A stretch of 64,000 nt of DNA, from the NCBI GenBank assembly GCA_035601235.1, contig DATNOR010000038.1, positions 4,858-68,857 of the forward strand, read 5' to 3'. This document shows, piece by piece, positions 40,281-50,743 of the stretch (its first letter is position 1; each line of letters opens with the position of its first letter). The DNA comes from Gemmatimonadales bacterium (GTDB lineage Bacteria; Gemmatimonadota; Gemmatimonadetes; Gemmatimonadales; GWC2-71-9). A program made the position numbers and the translations under genes. The notes beneath the pieces are model-generated. The model saw nothing but the letters and a program-made list of their open reading frames with translations, was not told where the DNA came from and did not search any database.

Positions 40281-40309
40281 TTGTTTCAATAAGCGCGCCC
40301 GGCTAACTT
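40281..40309 (+). promoter_or_regulatory. Candidate sigma70-like promoter for yggS (TTGTTT-17 nt-TAACTT)
   Basis: TTGTTT at 40281..40286 and TAACTT at 40304..40309, separated by 17 nt, in a locally AT-richer gap. The ATG at 40318 is only 8 nt after the -10 and has no SD, so a short or absent leader is possible. Weak hexamers make this speculative. Confidence 0.2.
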
Positions 40310-40317
40310 CCGCGGTT

Positions 40318-41019
40318 ATGAATTTTGGGGCCCTCCCCGAGCGCCTGGCCCACGCACGGGCCGAGATCGCTCGGCGGCAGGCGATCGCCGGTCGCACGCA
40401 CCCGGTGACGATCGTGGCGGTGACGAAGGGCTTCGGGCTGGACGCGGTGGCGGCGGCGCTCGACGCGGGCCTCACGGATCTGGGCGAGAATCGGGTGCAG
40501 GAAGCGCTGGACAAGATCGATACGCCGGCGGGGCGGCGGGCGACCTGGCACCTGATCGGGCATCTGCAGCGCAACAAGGCGAAGCTCGTGTCCGGGCGCT
40601 TCGCGCTGGTGCATTCGCTGGACTCGGTCGCGCTGGCGGAGGAGCTGGACAAGCGTGCGGGTGGGGCGGCGCAGGGCGCGCGGCAGCGGGTGCTGCTGCA
40701 GGTGAACGTGGCGGGGGAGGCGCAGAAGAGCGGGTGCGCGCCGGTGGAAACGCCCGCCGTGGCGCGCCGCGTGGCCGGCCTGCCGCACCTGGCGCTCGAA
40801 GGGTTGATGACCATCGCGCCGTTCACCGATGCCGAGGACGTGCAGCGGCGCACGTTCCGTGGGCTGCGCGAGTTGCGGGACGCCTTGCAGGAGGAGGGCC
40901 TATGGCTGCCGACGCTCTCGATGGGGATGTCCGCCGACTACGGTACGGCGGTCGAGGAGGGGGCAACGGTGATCCGCCTGGGGACAGTCCTGTTCGGTCC
41001 GAGGGAGGCGACCCCGTGA
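40318..41019 (+). CDS. yggS: YggS/YlmE family pyridoxal-phosphate homeostasis protein
   Basis: 233 aa. VTIVAVTKGF (PLP lysine), WHLIGHLQRNK, LSMGMSADY and IRLGTVLFG. Confidence 0.9.
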   Translation: MNFGALPERLAHARAEIARRQAIAGRTHPVTIVAVTKGFGLDAVAAALDAGLTDLGENRVQEALDKIDTPAGRRATWHLIGHLQRNKAKLVSGRFALVHSLDSVALAEELDKRAGGAAQGARQRVLLQVNVAGEAQKSGCAPVETPAVARRVAGLPHLALEGLMTIAPFTDAEDVQRRTFRGLRELRDALQEEGLWLPTLSMGMSADYGTAVEEGATVIRLGTVLFGPREATP

Positions 41020-41489
41020 GCGAGCCCGCCTTCCATCTCACCCCGCTCGACGTGCGCAAGCAGGAGTTCCGGCGCAGCCTGCGCGGCTACGAGCCGCTCG
41101 GCGTGGAGGACTTTCGCGCCCGCGTGGCCGACGAGCTGGAGCGGATCCTGCGCGAGAAGGCCGTGCTCGACGAGCGCCTGGCGGCGCTGGGGGAGCAGCT
41201 GCGGGTATACAGGGAACGCGAGCGCGCCATGAACGAGGCCCTCGTGGCGGCGCAACAGCTGCGCGAGGAGACCCGTGCGGGCGCGGCGCGCGAGGCGCAG
41301 GTGATCGTGCGCGAAGCGCAGGCCGAGGCGCAGCGCATCCTCGACGGCGCGCGCGCCTCGCAGGGCGAAGTCGAGCGCCAGAGCGCGGACGTGCAGCGCC
41401 AGTTCCAGGCGTACGTGGCCGGATTCCGCGCGCTGCTCGAGCGCCAGCTCGCCGAGCTCCGCGCGCTGGACGGTCAACGGGACGGATGA
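41016..41489 (+). CDS. DivIVA domain-containing protein
   Basis: Start GTG 41016 (GTGA overlap). LTPLDVRKQEFRRSLRGYEPLGVEDFRARVADELE is the canonical DivIVA N-terminal lipid-binding domain, followed by a coiled coil. Confidence 0.8.
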   Translation: MSEPAFHLTPLDVRKQEFRRSLRGYEPLGVEDFRARVADELERILREKAVLDERLAALGEQLRVYRERERAMNEALVAAQQLREETRAGAAREAQVIVREAQAEAQRILDGARASQGEVERQSADVQRQFQAYVAGFRALLERQLAELRALDGQRDG

Positions 41490-42292
41490 TTGCGGAGGCG
41501 GTTCGCGCGGTGCAGGCGCGGACCCGGCTCGTCCCGGAGGTCGCGATCATCCTGGGCACCGGGCTCGGGGGCCTCGCCGACGAGGTGAGCGTGGAGACGC
41601 GCATCCCCTACGGGGAGATCCCCGGGTTCCCCCTGTCGACGGTGGAGAGCCACGCCGGCGCGCTGCTGGTGGGGACGCTGGGCGGGCGGCGCGTCATGGC
41701 GATGCAGGGGCGCTTCCACCGCTATGAGGGGTACACGCTCGCGCAGATCGCCTTTCCGGTGCGCGTGCTGCGGCAGCTCGGCGCGGGGACGCTGATCGTG
41801 TCGAACGCGTGCGGCGGGATGCATCCCCTGTGGAGCCCGGGCGACTTGATGCTCATCGCCGATCACATCAACCTGCTGGCCGACAACCCGCTCATCGGCC
41901 CCAACGACGACCGGCTCGGCCCGCGCTTTCCCGACATGTCCGCGCCCTACGACGCCGGTCTGCGCGCCCTGGCACGCGCGGTCGCGCTGGAGCGCGGGTT
42001 CACGCTGCGCGAGGGCGTCTACGTCGCCGTCACGGGCCCGAGCCTCGAGACCCGCGCCGAGTACCGCATGCTGCGCGCGCTCGGCGCCGACGTGGTGGGT
42101 ATGAGCACAGTCCCGGAGGTGATCACCGCGGTGCACCTGGGCGTCCGCGTGCTCGGGGTCTCGATCATCACCGACCAGTGCCTGCCCGACGCGCTGGCCC
42201 CCACCTCGGTGGAGCAAATCATCGCGGTCGCGCGCGGCGCCGAGCCCCGGCTCGCGGCGCTGGTGCGCGGCGTGCTGGAGCGCCTCAACTGA
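41486..42292 (+). CDS. punA: Purine nucleoside phosphorylase (trimeric PNP/PunA type)
   Basis: 268 aa. [45 protein letters not shown] and [13 protein letters not shown]. Confidence 0.9.
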   Translation: MIAEAVRAVQARTRLVPEVAIILGTGLGGLADEVSVETRIPYGEIPGFPLSTVESHAGALLVGTLGGRRVMAMQGRFHRYEGYTLAQIAFPVRVLRQLGAGTLIVSNACGGMHPLWSPGDLMLIADHINLLADNPLIGPNDDRLGPRFPDMSAPYDAGLRALARAVALERGFTLREGVYVAVTGPSLETRAEYRMLRALGADVVGMSTVPEVITAVHLGVRVLGVSIITDQCLPDALAPTSVEQIIAVARGAEPRLAALVRGVLERLN

Positions 42293-45200
42293 TGGCCTAC
42301 CGGCTGTTCGATCCCAAGCTCTCGCCGGACGCGCTGGAGAAGCAGCTGCTCGCGGCCTGGAAGCACGAGCGTCTGTTTCAGAAGACCCAGGAAGCCGCCC
42401 GGTACGGTCCCCCGTTCGTGTTCTACGAGGGGCCGCCCACGGCCAACGGGCGGCCGGGCATCCATCACGTGTTCGCCCGCACCATCAAGGACCTGATCTG
42501 CCGCTACCACACGATGCTGGGGCAGGGCGTGACACGCATCGCGGGTTGGGACACGCACGGCCTGCCCGTGGAGATCGAGGTCGAGAAGACGCTCGGCATC
42601 TCGGGCAAGAAGCAGATCGAGGCGTACGGCGTCGAGAAGTTCAACCAGCTGTGCCGCGAGAACGTCTTCACGTACAAGACGGACTGGGAGTCGCTCTCCG
42701 AGCGCATCGGGTACTGGCTCGATTACGAGCATCCGTACATCACGTACACGCCCGAATACATCGAAACGGTGTGGTGGCTGCTGAAGCGGCTGCACGACAA
42801 GGCCCTGCTGTACCGGGGGCACAAGGTGCTGCCCTACTGCCCGCGCTGCGGTACGGCGCTGTCGTCGCACGAGCTGGCGCTGGGCTACGAAGAGGTCCAG
42901 ACCAATTCGGTGTTCGTGACGTTCCCGCTGGCGAGCGATCCGAAGCGCCAGCTGGTCATCTGGACCACGACGCCCTGGACCCTGCTCTCAAACGTGGCGG
43001 TGGCGGTTCATCCCGACCTGGAATACGGCGAGTACGAGGTGAACGGCGTCCGCTACGTGGTCGCGGTCGAACGCGCGACCCATGTCCACGTGGGGGGCAA
43101 GCCGCTGGCGGCCGCCCCGCGGGTCGCCGGGTACCCGGGACGCGAGCTCGTGGGTCTGAAATACGTGCCGCCGCTCGCGGTGGTGCCGCTGCCGCAGGAA
43201 GGGCAACGGGCGGTCGTCGTGGCGGGAGGGTTCGTCTCGGCGCAGGAGGGGACGGGACTGGTGCACATGGCCCCCGCCTTCGGCGCGGATGACTACGCCG
43301 CCGCGCAGCAATACGGGCTCGCCATGGTGAACCCGGTGGCACCGGACGGCACGTTCCAGGGCACGCGCTGGGACGAGATCAACGGCAGGCTGGTGACCGA
43401 CAAGGAGACGAACCGGCTGATCATCGAGCGCTTGAAGCGCGACGGTCGCTGGCTCGAGACCCTGCCGTACACGCACAACTATCCGTTCTGCTGGCGCTGC
43501 GACTCAGCGCTGATCTACTACGCGCGCAGCTCATGGTTCGTGCGGACGACCGCGGTCAAGGCCCGCATGCTCGAGGTCAACGCGCAGGTCGGCTGGCACC
43601 CGCCCGCGATGGGCACCGGCCGGTTCGGCGAGTGGCTCGAGAACAACGTCGACTGGGCGCTGTCGCGCGATCGCTACTGGGGCACGCCCCTCAACGTGTG
43701 GGAATGCGATGCCGAAGGGGAGCACCGCGAAGTCATCAGCTCGTTCGCCGAACTGGCGGAGCGCTGGGGCAAGGCGCTGCCACGTGACTTCGATCCCCAC
43801 AAGCCGACCATCGACCAGTACACCTGGCGCTGCCGCTCCTGCGGAGGCACGATGCGGCGCGCGCCCGAAGTGATCGACGCCTGGTTCGACTCGGGCGCCA
43901 TGCCCTACGCGCAATGGCACTACCCGTTCGAGCACCAGGCCGACTTCAAGGCGCACTTTCCGGCCGACTTCATCTGCGAGGGGGTGGACCAGACGCGCGG
44001 CTGGTTCTATTCGCTGCTCGCGATCGGCGTCACGGCGTTCGACTCTCTCGTCTACAAGAACGTGATCGTGAACGAGCTGGTGCTCGACGCGCAGGGCCAG
44101 AAGATGTCCAAGAGCCGCGGCAACGTCGTGAATCCCTGGGAAGTGATCGAGGAGCACGGTGCGGACGCGGTGCGCCTGTACCTGCTGGGCCAGAGCCAGG
44201 TGTGGGCCCAGCGAAATTTCGACCGCCGTCAGGTGTCCGAGGTCGCGGGCGGGTTCCTGAACACCCTGCGCCACACCTACAATTTCTTCGCGCAGTACGC
44301 GGCCGACTGGAAGACGTCCGACGGCGGAGTGCCGGTGGCGGGCCGCGCCCTGACCGATCGCTGGGTGCTGGCCCGGCTGGACGAGGTGGTCGCGGCTGCG
44401 CGCGCGGCGTGGAACGACTACGACGTGACGACCGGCGTGCGCGCGATCATGGGGTTCGTGGTGGACGACTTGTCCAAATGGTACGTGCGGATCAACCGGC
44501 CGCGGTTCTGGGCCCCGGACCGCGCGGCCGACCCGGCCGCCCTAGCGACGCTGCACGAGGTGCTCGTGACGGCGGCCCGGCTGCTCGCGCCGGTGGCGCC
44601 GTTCATCGCCGACTGGCTGCACCGCGCGCTCACGGGAACCTCGGTGCATCTGGCGCCGTTTCCGGCCGATCAGGGGCGGCGCGAGCCGGAGCTGCTCGAG
44701 GCCATGGCGGCCCACCGCCGCCTCGCGTCCCTGGCGCGGGCGGCGCGGGAGAGCCGGAAGCTCAACGTGCGTCAGCCGGTCGCCCGGCTGCAAGTGGCCG
44801 TCCCGGCGGCCGTGAAGGGCCCGGCCTTTGCCGACCTGTTAGATATCCTGGCCGCGGAAGTGAACGCCAAGGCCGTCGACGTCGCGGGCTCCGACCACGA
44901 GCTCGTGCGACTGAAAGGCAAGGCCGAGTTCCGCAGCCTGGGGAAGCGGTACGGCAAGGACACGCCCCGGGCGGCCGCGGTGGTGTCGCAGCTCACGGCG
45001 GAACAGCTCGGAGCGCTCGAACATGGGGACCCCGTTCGGGCGGGGGAGTTCGAGCTCCACCCCGAGGACGTGGTGGTGACGCGCGAGGTGGTGAGCGACT
45101 GGGCGGTCCAGGCCGACGGTCCGTACGTCGTCGCTGTCGACCCGCGGTTGTCGGAGGACCTGATCCAAGAGGGCCTGGCGCGCGAGCTGGTGCACCGCGT

Positions 45201-45450
45201 CCAGCGGCTGCGCAAGGAGGCGGGCTACGAGTACACGACCCGCATCGAGCTGAGCGTGGCCGGCGCGGCCGATATCGTGGCGGCCGTGTCGGCGTTTCAG
45301 AACTTCGTCGAGGGCGAGACGCTGGCCCGCAAGCTGGTGCTCGGCAGCGTGCTCGACGAGGCGGACGTGACGCGAGAATTGGACATCGAGGCGCGCCGGG
45401 TGACGATTGCGCTCCGGCGCCATGACGGACGAAAGGGCGGTACGCGATAA
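42292..45450 (+). CDS. ileS: Isoleucine--tRNA ligase (type 2-like)
   Basis: Start ATG 42292 (TGATG junction) within ORF 41809..45450. [17 protein letters not shown] (HIGH), KMSKSRGN (KMSKS), and the CP1 editing domain. Confidence 0.97.
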   Translation: MAYRLFDPKLSPDALEKQLLAAWKHERLFQKTQEAARYGPPFVFYEGPPTANGRPGIHHVFARTIKDLICRYHTMLGQGVTRIAGWDTHGLPVEIEVEKTLGISGKKQIEAYGVEKFNQLCRENVFTYKTDWESLSERIGYWLDYEHPYITYTPEYIETVWWLLKRLHDKALLYRGHKVLPYCPRCGTALSSHELALGYEEVQTNSVFVTFPLASDPKRQLVIWTTTPWTLLSNVAVAVHPDLEYGEYEVNGVRYVVAVERATHVHVGGKPLAAAPRVAGYPGRELVGLKYVPPLAVVPLPQEGQRAVVVAGGFVSAQEGTGLVHMAPAFGADDYAAAQQYGLAMVNPVAPDGTFQGTRWDEINGRLVTDKETNRLIIERLKRDGRWLETLPYTHNYPFCWRCDSALIYYARSSWFVRTTAVKARMLEVNAQVGWHPPAMGTGRFGEWLENNVDWALSRDRYWGTPLNVWECDAEGEHREVISSFAELAERWGKALPRDFDPHKPTIDQYTWRCRSCGGTMRRAPEVIDAWFDSGAMPYAQWHYPFEHQADFKAHFPADFICEGVDQTRGWFYSLLAIGVTAFDSLVYKNVIVNELVLDAQGQKMSKSRGNVVNPWEVIEEHGADAVRLYLLGQSQVWAQRNFDRRQVSEVAGGFLNTLRHTYNFFAQYAADWKTSDGGVPVAGRALTDRWVLARLDEVVAAARAAWNDYDVTTGVRAIMGFVVDDLSKWYVRINRPRFWAPDRAADPAALATLHEVLVTAARLLAPVAPFIADWLHRALTGTSVHLAPFPADQGRREPELLEAMAAHRRLASLARAARESRKLNVRQPVARLQVAVPAAVKGPAFADLLDILAAEVNAKAVDVAGSDHELVRLKGKAEFRSLGKRYGKDTPRAAAVVSQLTAEQLGALEHGDPVRAGEFELHPEDVVVTREVVSDWAVQADGPYVVAVDPRLSEDLIQEGLARELVHRVQRLRKEAGYEYTTRIELSVAGAADIVAAVSAFQNFVEGETLARKLVLGSVLDEADVTRELDIEARRVTIALRRHDGRKGGTR

Positions 45451-45872
45451 TGCCGACGAAATCCAAAGCCAAGACGACCAAGGGTGGCCTGAGCAAGAAG
45501 CAGCTGACCCACCTCGAGAAGCGACTGCTCGAGGAGCGCGCCCGGGTGATGAAAGAGCTCGGCTATTACGACGAATCGTTCAACTCGAGCCTGCAGGCCT
45601 CGGACGGCGATCTCTCGAGCTACTCGTTCCACATGGCGGACCAGGGCACGGACGCCATGGAGCGCGAGAAGGCGTTCCTGTTCGCCTCGCAGGAGGGTCG
45701 CTATCTGTGGCACGTCAACCAGGCCCTGCGGCGGCTGTACCAGACTCCGGAGAAATTCGGCAAGTGCGAGCAATGCGGCGAGGATATCCTGTTCGAGCGG
45801 CTCGACGCCCTGCCGCACGCGCGGCTCTGCATCAAGTGCAAGGCCAAGGAGGAAGATGGCAAGCGTCGCTGA
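45450..45872 (+). CDS. TraR/DksA family C4 zinc-finger protein
   Basis: 140 aa. CEQCGEDI...LPHARLCIKC four-Cys finger after a helical region. TAATG junction with ileS. Confidence 0.85.
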   Translation: MPTKSKAKTTKGGLSKKQLTHLEKRLLEERARVMKELGYYDESFNSSLQASDGDLSSYSFHMADQGTDAMEREKAFLFASQEGRYLWHVNQALRRLYQTPEKFGKCEQCGEDILFERLDALPHARLCIKCKAKEEDGKRR

Positions 45873-46371
45873 TCGGCGCGTGTTCTGGGGAACGGCCGCC
45901 GCGGTCGTCGTCGCGGACCTCGCCACCAAGTTGCTCGCGGAGGCGTGGCTCGCGCCCACGCGGCCCGTCCGCCTGCTGGGCGACTCCGTGCAGCTGCGGC
46001 TCGTATTCAACCAGTGCGCGGCGTTCGGACTGTGCCTCGGCGCCTACTCGCGCTGGATCTTTTTCGCGCTCGCGATCGTGGCGCTGTTCGTGCTGCGGTC
46101 CATGGTGCTGGCGACGCGCCCGGGCGACCGCTTTCGCATCGTCGCGCTCGCGCTGGTGTGCGCTGGTGCGGTCGGGAACGTGATCGATCGCGTCCGCAGC
46201 GCGCGGGGCGTCGTGGACTTCGTGGACGTGGGGATCGGGAGCGCGCGCTGGCCGACCTTCAACGTCGCCGACTCCGCCATCACGGTCGGGGCGATCGCAC
46301 TCGCCGTGTCGCTCTGGCTCGAGGGCCGGGCGCAGGAGCGCGCGAAGGAGGCCAGGGCGGCCGAGCCTTGA
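45856..46371 (+). CDS. lspA: Lipoprotein signal peptidase (signal peptidase II)
   Basis: 171 aa. Four TM helices, with the GNVIDR and FNVADSAITVG motifs. The ileS...lspA linkage is classical. Confidence 0.9.
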   Translation: MASVADRRVFWGTAAAVVVADLATKLLAEAWLAPTRPVRLLGDSVQLRLVFNQCAAFGLCLGAYSRWIFFALAIVALFVLRSMVLATRPGDRFRIVALALVCAGAVGNVIDRVRSARGVVDFVDVGIGSARWPTFNVADSAITVGAIALAVSLWLEGRAQERAKEARAAEP

Positions 46372-47384
46372 TGGCCGCCGTCACGTTCTGCGTCGTCGTT
46401 CCCGAGACCGAGCGTCTCGACCGCTTCCTCGCCGATCAGCTTGCGCTGTCTCGTACCGCCGCCGCCCGCCTCATCGCCGACAAGCACGTCACCCGCGACG
46501 GGCGACCCCTGCGTGCCGCCGCGCAACTCGAGCGCGGGGCCGTGGTGACGGTCGAGCTCCCGCCCGACGAGCCGGCCCCACCCAGCTATGCGCCCGCCCA
46601 TCGCGATCTCACGTTTGCCTACGAAGACGAGCACCTCGCGGTGCTCGACAAGCCCGCCGGCCTGGTCGTCCATCCCGGCCCCGGTCACTGGGACGACACG
46701 CTCGTCAACGTGCTGGTGGGACGGGGCACCGCCTTGGCGCAGGGGGCCACCGAGGGGCGGCCGGGCATTGTGCACCGGCTCGACCGCGATACGTCGGGAC
46801 TGCTCCTGGTCGCCAAGACCGACCAGGCGCACCGCCGGCTCACGCGCATGATCGAGCGGCGGGAGGTGCGGCGCGTGTACGCCGCGCTCGCCTGGGGGCA
46901 CTTCGCGAACAGCCCGGTGGACTTCGAGGCGCCGATCACGCGTCACCCCAAGGATCGCAAGCGCATGACGGTGCTGGCGGGCGGGCGCCACGCGGTCACG
47001 CATGCGCGTGTCATCGCCCGCTTCGCCCACGCCGACCTGGTGCGCGTGGAGCTGGGCACCGGGCGCACGCATCAGATCCGCGTGCACTTGGCGCACGTGG
47101 GGCACCCGGTCGTGGGCGACCGCGAGTACGCGTTCGGCGGCAGCCGCCGGGTCACGGCGGCGGCGCGTCCGGCGGCCGAGCGTCTGGAGGCGCTCGCGCC
47201 GCGTCAGCTGTTGCACGCGGCGGTGCTCGCGCTGGTCCATCCGGTGACCGGCGCGCGGCTGGTGGTGCGCTCCGAATGGCCGCGCGACCTCGTGCCGGCG
47301 CTCGCCGAAGCGGCCGCCGATGCGACTTTGCTTGCTCAACGCAACCCCTTGCAGTATCTTGGCTTCTTCGCTTCGGATGAGTGA
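46371..47384 (+). CDS. rluD: RluA-family 23S rRNA pseudouridine synthase (RluD-like)
   Basis: Start ATG 46371 (TGATG junction). S4 domain (RLDRFLADQL), catalytic HRLDRDTSGLLLVAKT, and GRTHQIRVHL. Confidence 0.9.
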   Translation: MAAVTFCVVVPETERLDRFLADQLALSRTAAARLIADKHVTRDGRPLRAAAQLERGAVVTVELPPDEPAPPSYAPAHRDLTFAYEDEHLAVLDKPAGLVVHPGPGHWDDTLVNVLVGRGTALAQGATEGRPGIVHRLDRDTSGLLLVAKTDQAHRRLTRMIERREVRRVYAALAWGHFANSPVDFEAPITRHPKDRKRMTVLAGGRHAVTHARVIARFAHADLVRVELGTGRTHQIRVHLAHVGHPVVGDREYAFGGSRRVTAAARPAAERLEALAPRQLLHAAVLALVHPVTGARLVVRSEWPRDLVPALAEAAADATLLAQRNPLQYLGFFASDE

Positions 47385-47826
47385 CGCCGGAGTCGTCCGA
47401 CTGCTGCTGTTTCGGGTAGGCGCCCTCGTCTGTGCGGCCGAGGCGGAGCGGGTGCGTGAGATCCTGCCCCGGCTCGTGCCCACGCGGATTCCCGGGGCGC
47501 CGCCCGTGGTGGCGGGCCTGGTCAACGTGCGGGGGACGCTGGTCACGGTCGTCGAGGGATGGCGGGCGCTGCGCCAGCCCGAGCCGCCCGACGATGCAGG
47601 TTCCGGGACCACGGTGGTGCTCGAGGTGGGCCGCGGCAACAAGGTCCTCGGCTTCACGGTGGACGAGGTGGTGGACCTCCTCTCCGTGGCTGGGGAGGCG
47701 CTGGAACGCCGGCAGGCGCTGCCCGGCATCGATCCGATCCTGGTGCGGGCCGTCGGACGTCGCGCCGGTCAACTCTTCGTGGTCCTCGATACCGACGCGC
47801 TGCTCACCCCCATTCTGTCTTCCTAG
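47377..47826 (+). CDS. cheW: Chemotaxis coupling protein CheW
   Basis: Start chosen at ATG 47377, an 8-nt overlap with rluD. LLLFRVGALVCAAEAERVREIL...VAGLVNVRGTLVTVVE...VLGFTVDEVVDLL is a typical CheW fold pattern. Confidence 0.85.
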   Translation: MSDAGVVRLLLFRVGALVCAAEAERVREILPRLVPTRIPGAPPVVAGLVNVRGTLVTVVEGWRALRQPEPPDDAGSGTTVVLEVGRGNKVLGFTVDEVVDLLSVAGEALERRQALPGIDPILVRAVGRRAGQLFVVLDTDALLTPILSS

Positions 47827-47835
47827 GGAGGATGT

Positions 47836-48198
47836 GTGAGTCACACTGTCCTCGTCTGCGACGACGCCATCTTCATGCGGACGATGATCTCGGACATCCT
47901 GGCCCAGGCGGGATTCGAGATCGTGGGAGAAGCGGAGACGGGGTCCCAGGCGGTCGAGAAATACCGCCAGCTCAAGCCCGATCTCGTCACCATGGACATC
48001 GTGATGCCGGACATGGGCGGCATCGATGCGGTGCGCGAGATCGTCAAGCAGGATCCCGACGCCAAGATCCTCATGTGCAGCGCGATGGGCCAGCAGGCGC
48101 TCGTGGTCGAGGCGATTCAGGCGGGGGCGAAGGATTTCGTGGTGAAGCCGTTCCAGCCGTCGCGCGTCCTCGAGGCCGTGCAGCGGGTCCTCGGCTGA
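47836..48198 (+). CDS. cheY: Chemotaxis response regulator CheY
   Basis: 120 aa. GTG start with GGGAGGA upstream. Receiver motifs VLVCDDAIFMR, LVTMDIVMPDMGG (phospho-Asp), MCSAMG and DFVVKPF. Confidence 0.93.
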   Translation: MSHTVLVCDDAIFMRTMISDILAQAGFEIVGEAETGSQAVEKYRQLKPDLVTMDIVMPDMGGIDAVREIVKQDPDAKILMCSAMGQQALVVEAIQAGAKDFVVKPFQPSRVLEAVQRVLG

Positions 48199-48202
48199 CT
48201 CC

Positions 48203-50101
48203 ATGGACCTGTCGCAGTACGCCGAGCTGTTCCTGGCCGAGAGCCGGGAGCACCTGAGCGCCTGCAACCAGCTGCTGCTCGATTGGGAGCGCACCCCCGC
48301 CAATCCCGCCCCCGTGGCCGGGCTGTTCCGCGCCGTACACACTGTGAAGGGCATGGCGGCGACCATGGGCTACGGCCGGGTCACCGATATCGCCCACCGC
48401 ACCGAGAACCTGCTCGACCTGCTGCGCCGCGGCTCGCGCCCCGCGACCGACGAGCTGCTGCAGCTCTTGTTCCGGGCGCGCGACGCGCTCGAGCACGCCG
48501 TCGAGCTGTCGGTGGTGGGACGGGAGGACGAGCTCGATGTGGCGGAGGTCGTGGCCGATCTCGAGAGCGCGGCCGCGCTGCTCGCAGGACCCGAGCGACC
48601 AGCGCCGGCGCCGGCCGCGGCGGTCGAGCCGCCGGCGGCGCCGGGGGGGGGCCGGCTGGTGCAGGTGACGCTGCGCGCCGAGGCGCAGCTCAAGGGCGGG
48701 CGCGCGCTGCTCGCCCTCAAGCGGGCCCAGGCGCTCGGGGCCGTCCAGGGGGTGACGCCGCCCCAGGCGGCGTTCGAGTCCGACGACTTCGACGGCGGCT
48801 TCAGCTTCCGGCTCGACTCGTCCGCCGCCGCGGCGGAGATCGAGCGGGCGGTCCGTGGGGCGGGGGACGTGGAGCACGTGTCCGTCGGAGGGGGGGGCGA
48901 AGAGCGCCGTGCCGCGGCCCCGCGGGGAGCGGGGGCGGCGGCCGCTGCGGAGGCGACTCCCGAGAAGAGCCGTCACATCCGCGTGGACCTGCGGCGCCTC
49001 GACGAGCTGATGGACCTGATCGGCGAGCTGGTGACGGTGCGCGGCCGCTTGAACGAGTTGGCGGCGGCGCGGCGTGATCCCGCCGTCGACGATGTGGCGA
49101 TCCAGATCTCACGCCTCTCGGCGGACCTGCAGGCCGGGATCATCCAGGCGCGCATGACGCCGGTGTGGCAGGTGTTCGACCGCTTCCCGCGCCTGGTGCG
49201 CGATCTGGCGCGCGAGCTGGACAAACAGGTGGCGTTCCGCGTGGAAGGCAAGGAGATCGAGCTCGATCGGGCGATCCTCGACGAGCTGGGCGACCCGTTG
49301 CTGCACCTGCTCCGCAACGCGGTGGACCACGGCATCGAGACCCCCGCCGAGCGGCGCCGCCGCGGCAAGCCGCCCGAGGGCGAGATCGTGCTGGCGGCGG
49401 TGCGGGAGCGGGCCAGCGTGGCGATCAGCGTGAGCGATGATGGCCGTGGCATCGACCGCGCCCGGATCCTGGAACGGGCCCGACGCGAGGGACTGGTGGA
49501 TGCCCACGCGGAGGCGCTGTCGGACGATCAGCTGCTGCGGGTGCTGGCGCGTCCCGGGTTCTCGACCGCGGAGGCCGTGACCAGCGTGTCGGGGCGGGGT
49601 GTGGGGATCGACGTGGCTGTGACGCGCATCCGCGCGCTGGGCGGCTCGATTGACATACGTACAGAGGCGGGCAAAGGGACGAGCTTCGTGCTGCGGCTGC
49701 CGGTGACGCTGGCGATCGTCCGGGCCCTGATCGCGGGGGTCGGCCGGGAGCGCTACGCCCTGCCGCTCACCTACGTGGCGGAGACGGTCGAATTCGGCGT
49801 GCAGCCGACCACCATCGTCGAAGGGCGCGAGGCGATCGTGCTGCGCAACCGTGTGGTGCCGCTGGTGCACCTGCGGCGGATGCTGGGCGTCAGCGGGGAC
49901 GCCCCGGCGCGCTGCCCCATCATCGTGCTCGAGATGGGGGAGCGCACGAGCGGCATCGTCGTGGATGGGATGCTCGGCCAGCAGGAGATCGTGGTGAAGG
50001 GCTTCGACCCGCCGCAGGGGACGCTCCCGGTATTCAGCGGAGCGACCATCATGGGCGACGGGAACCCGGCGTTGATTCTCGACGCCGGTGGGCTCGTCTA
50101 G
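48203..50101 (+). CDS. cheA: Chemotaxis histidine kinase CheA
   Basis: 632 aa. Hpt box FRAVHTVKGMAATMGY, dimerisation region IRVDLRRLDELMDLIGELV, HATPase N/G boxes (LLHLLRNAVDHGIE, DDGRGID, GRGVGIDV, GKGTSF), and a C-terminal CheW-like P5 domain. Confidence 0.95.
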   Translation: MDLSQYAELFLAESREHLSACNQLLLDWERTPANPAPVAGLFRAVHTVKGMAATMGYGRVTDIAHRTENLLDLLRRGSRPATDELLQLLFRARDALEHAVELSVVGREDELDVAEVVADLESAAALLAGPERPAPAPAAAVEPPAAPGGGRLVQVTLRAEAQLKGGRALLALKRAQALGAVQGVTPPQAAFESDDFDGGFSFRLDSSAAAAEIERAVRGAGDVEHVSVGGGGEERRAAAPRGAGAAAAAEATPEKSRHIRVDLRRLDELMDLIGELVTVRGRLNELAAARRDPAVDDVAIQISRLSADLQAGIIQARMTPVWQVFDRFPRLVRDLARELDKQVAFRVEGKEIELDRAILDELGDPLLHLLRNAVDHGIETPAERRRRGKPPEGEIVLAAVRERASVAISVSDDGRGIDRARILERARREGLVDAHAEALSDDQLLRVLARPGFSTAEAVTSVSGRGVGIDVAVTRIRALGGSIDIRTEAGKGTSFVLRLPVTLAIVRALIAGVGRERYALPLTYVAETVEFGVQPTTIVEGREAIVLRNRVVPLVHLRRMLGVSGDAPARCPIIVLEMGERTSGIVVDGMLGQQEIVVKGFDPPQGTLPVFSGATIMGDGNPALILDAGGLV

Positions 50102-50122
50102 GCCCACGCGAGGGGAGGCGGC

Positions 50123-50740
50123 ATGGAGGACGTGCGGGATCTGAAGGCGCTACAGATCGACGCCCTGCGGGAGGTGGCCAACATCGGAGCGGGGCACGCC
50201 GCCACGGCGTTATCCCAGCTCACGAACCGCCGCATCATGATCAGCGTGCCGCAGATCAACATCGCGCGGCTGGAGGAGGTGCCCGACCTGCTGGGCCACC
50301 CCCAGGACGTGGTCGCCGCCGTGCTCATGCACATGCTGGGGGACCTGACCGGGCGGACGCTGCTCCTGTTCCCCGAGTCGGTGGGGCGGCGGCTGTGCGA
50401 CATGCTGCTGCGCCGTCCGCTCGGCACGACGGTGGCGTTCGACGCGTTGGAGCAGTCGTGCCTCAAGGAGGCTGGCAACATTCTCTCGGGCGCCTACATG
50501 AACGCCCTGTCGGACTTCATGGGCATGTTGCTGCTGCCTTCGGTGCCGAGCCTCGTAGTGGACCTGTCGGCCGCGGTCCTGACCACCACCTACCTCAACT
50601 TCGGACACGAGCGCGACTTCGTGTTCTGCGTCGAGACGGAATTCGCGATTGATTCGCCCGAGGGGCTGCGGGGCCACTTCCTGCTGCTTCCCGATCTGGC
50701 GTCGCTCAAGGCCATTTTTGACGCCATCCGCCTGAGCTGA
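50123..50740 (+). CDS. cheC: CheY-P phosphatase CheC (CheC/CheX/FliY family)
   Basis: 205 aa. Duplicated signature: DALREVANIGAGHAATALSQL and SCLKEAGNILSGAYMNALSDF. Confidence 0.85.
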   Translation: MEDVRDLKALQIDALREVANIGAGHAATALSQLTNRRIMISVPQINIARLEEVPDLLGHPQDVVAAVLMHMLGDLTGRTLLLFPESVGRRLCDMLLRRPLGTTVAFDALEQSCLKEAGNILSGAYMNALSDFMGMLLLPSVPSLVVDLSAAVLTTTYLNFGHERDFVFCVETEFAIDSPEGLRGHFLLLPDLASLKAIFDAIRLS

Positions 50741-50743
50741 CCC

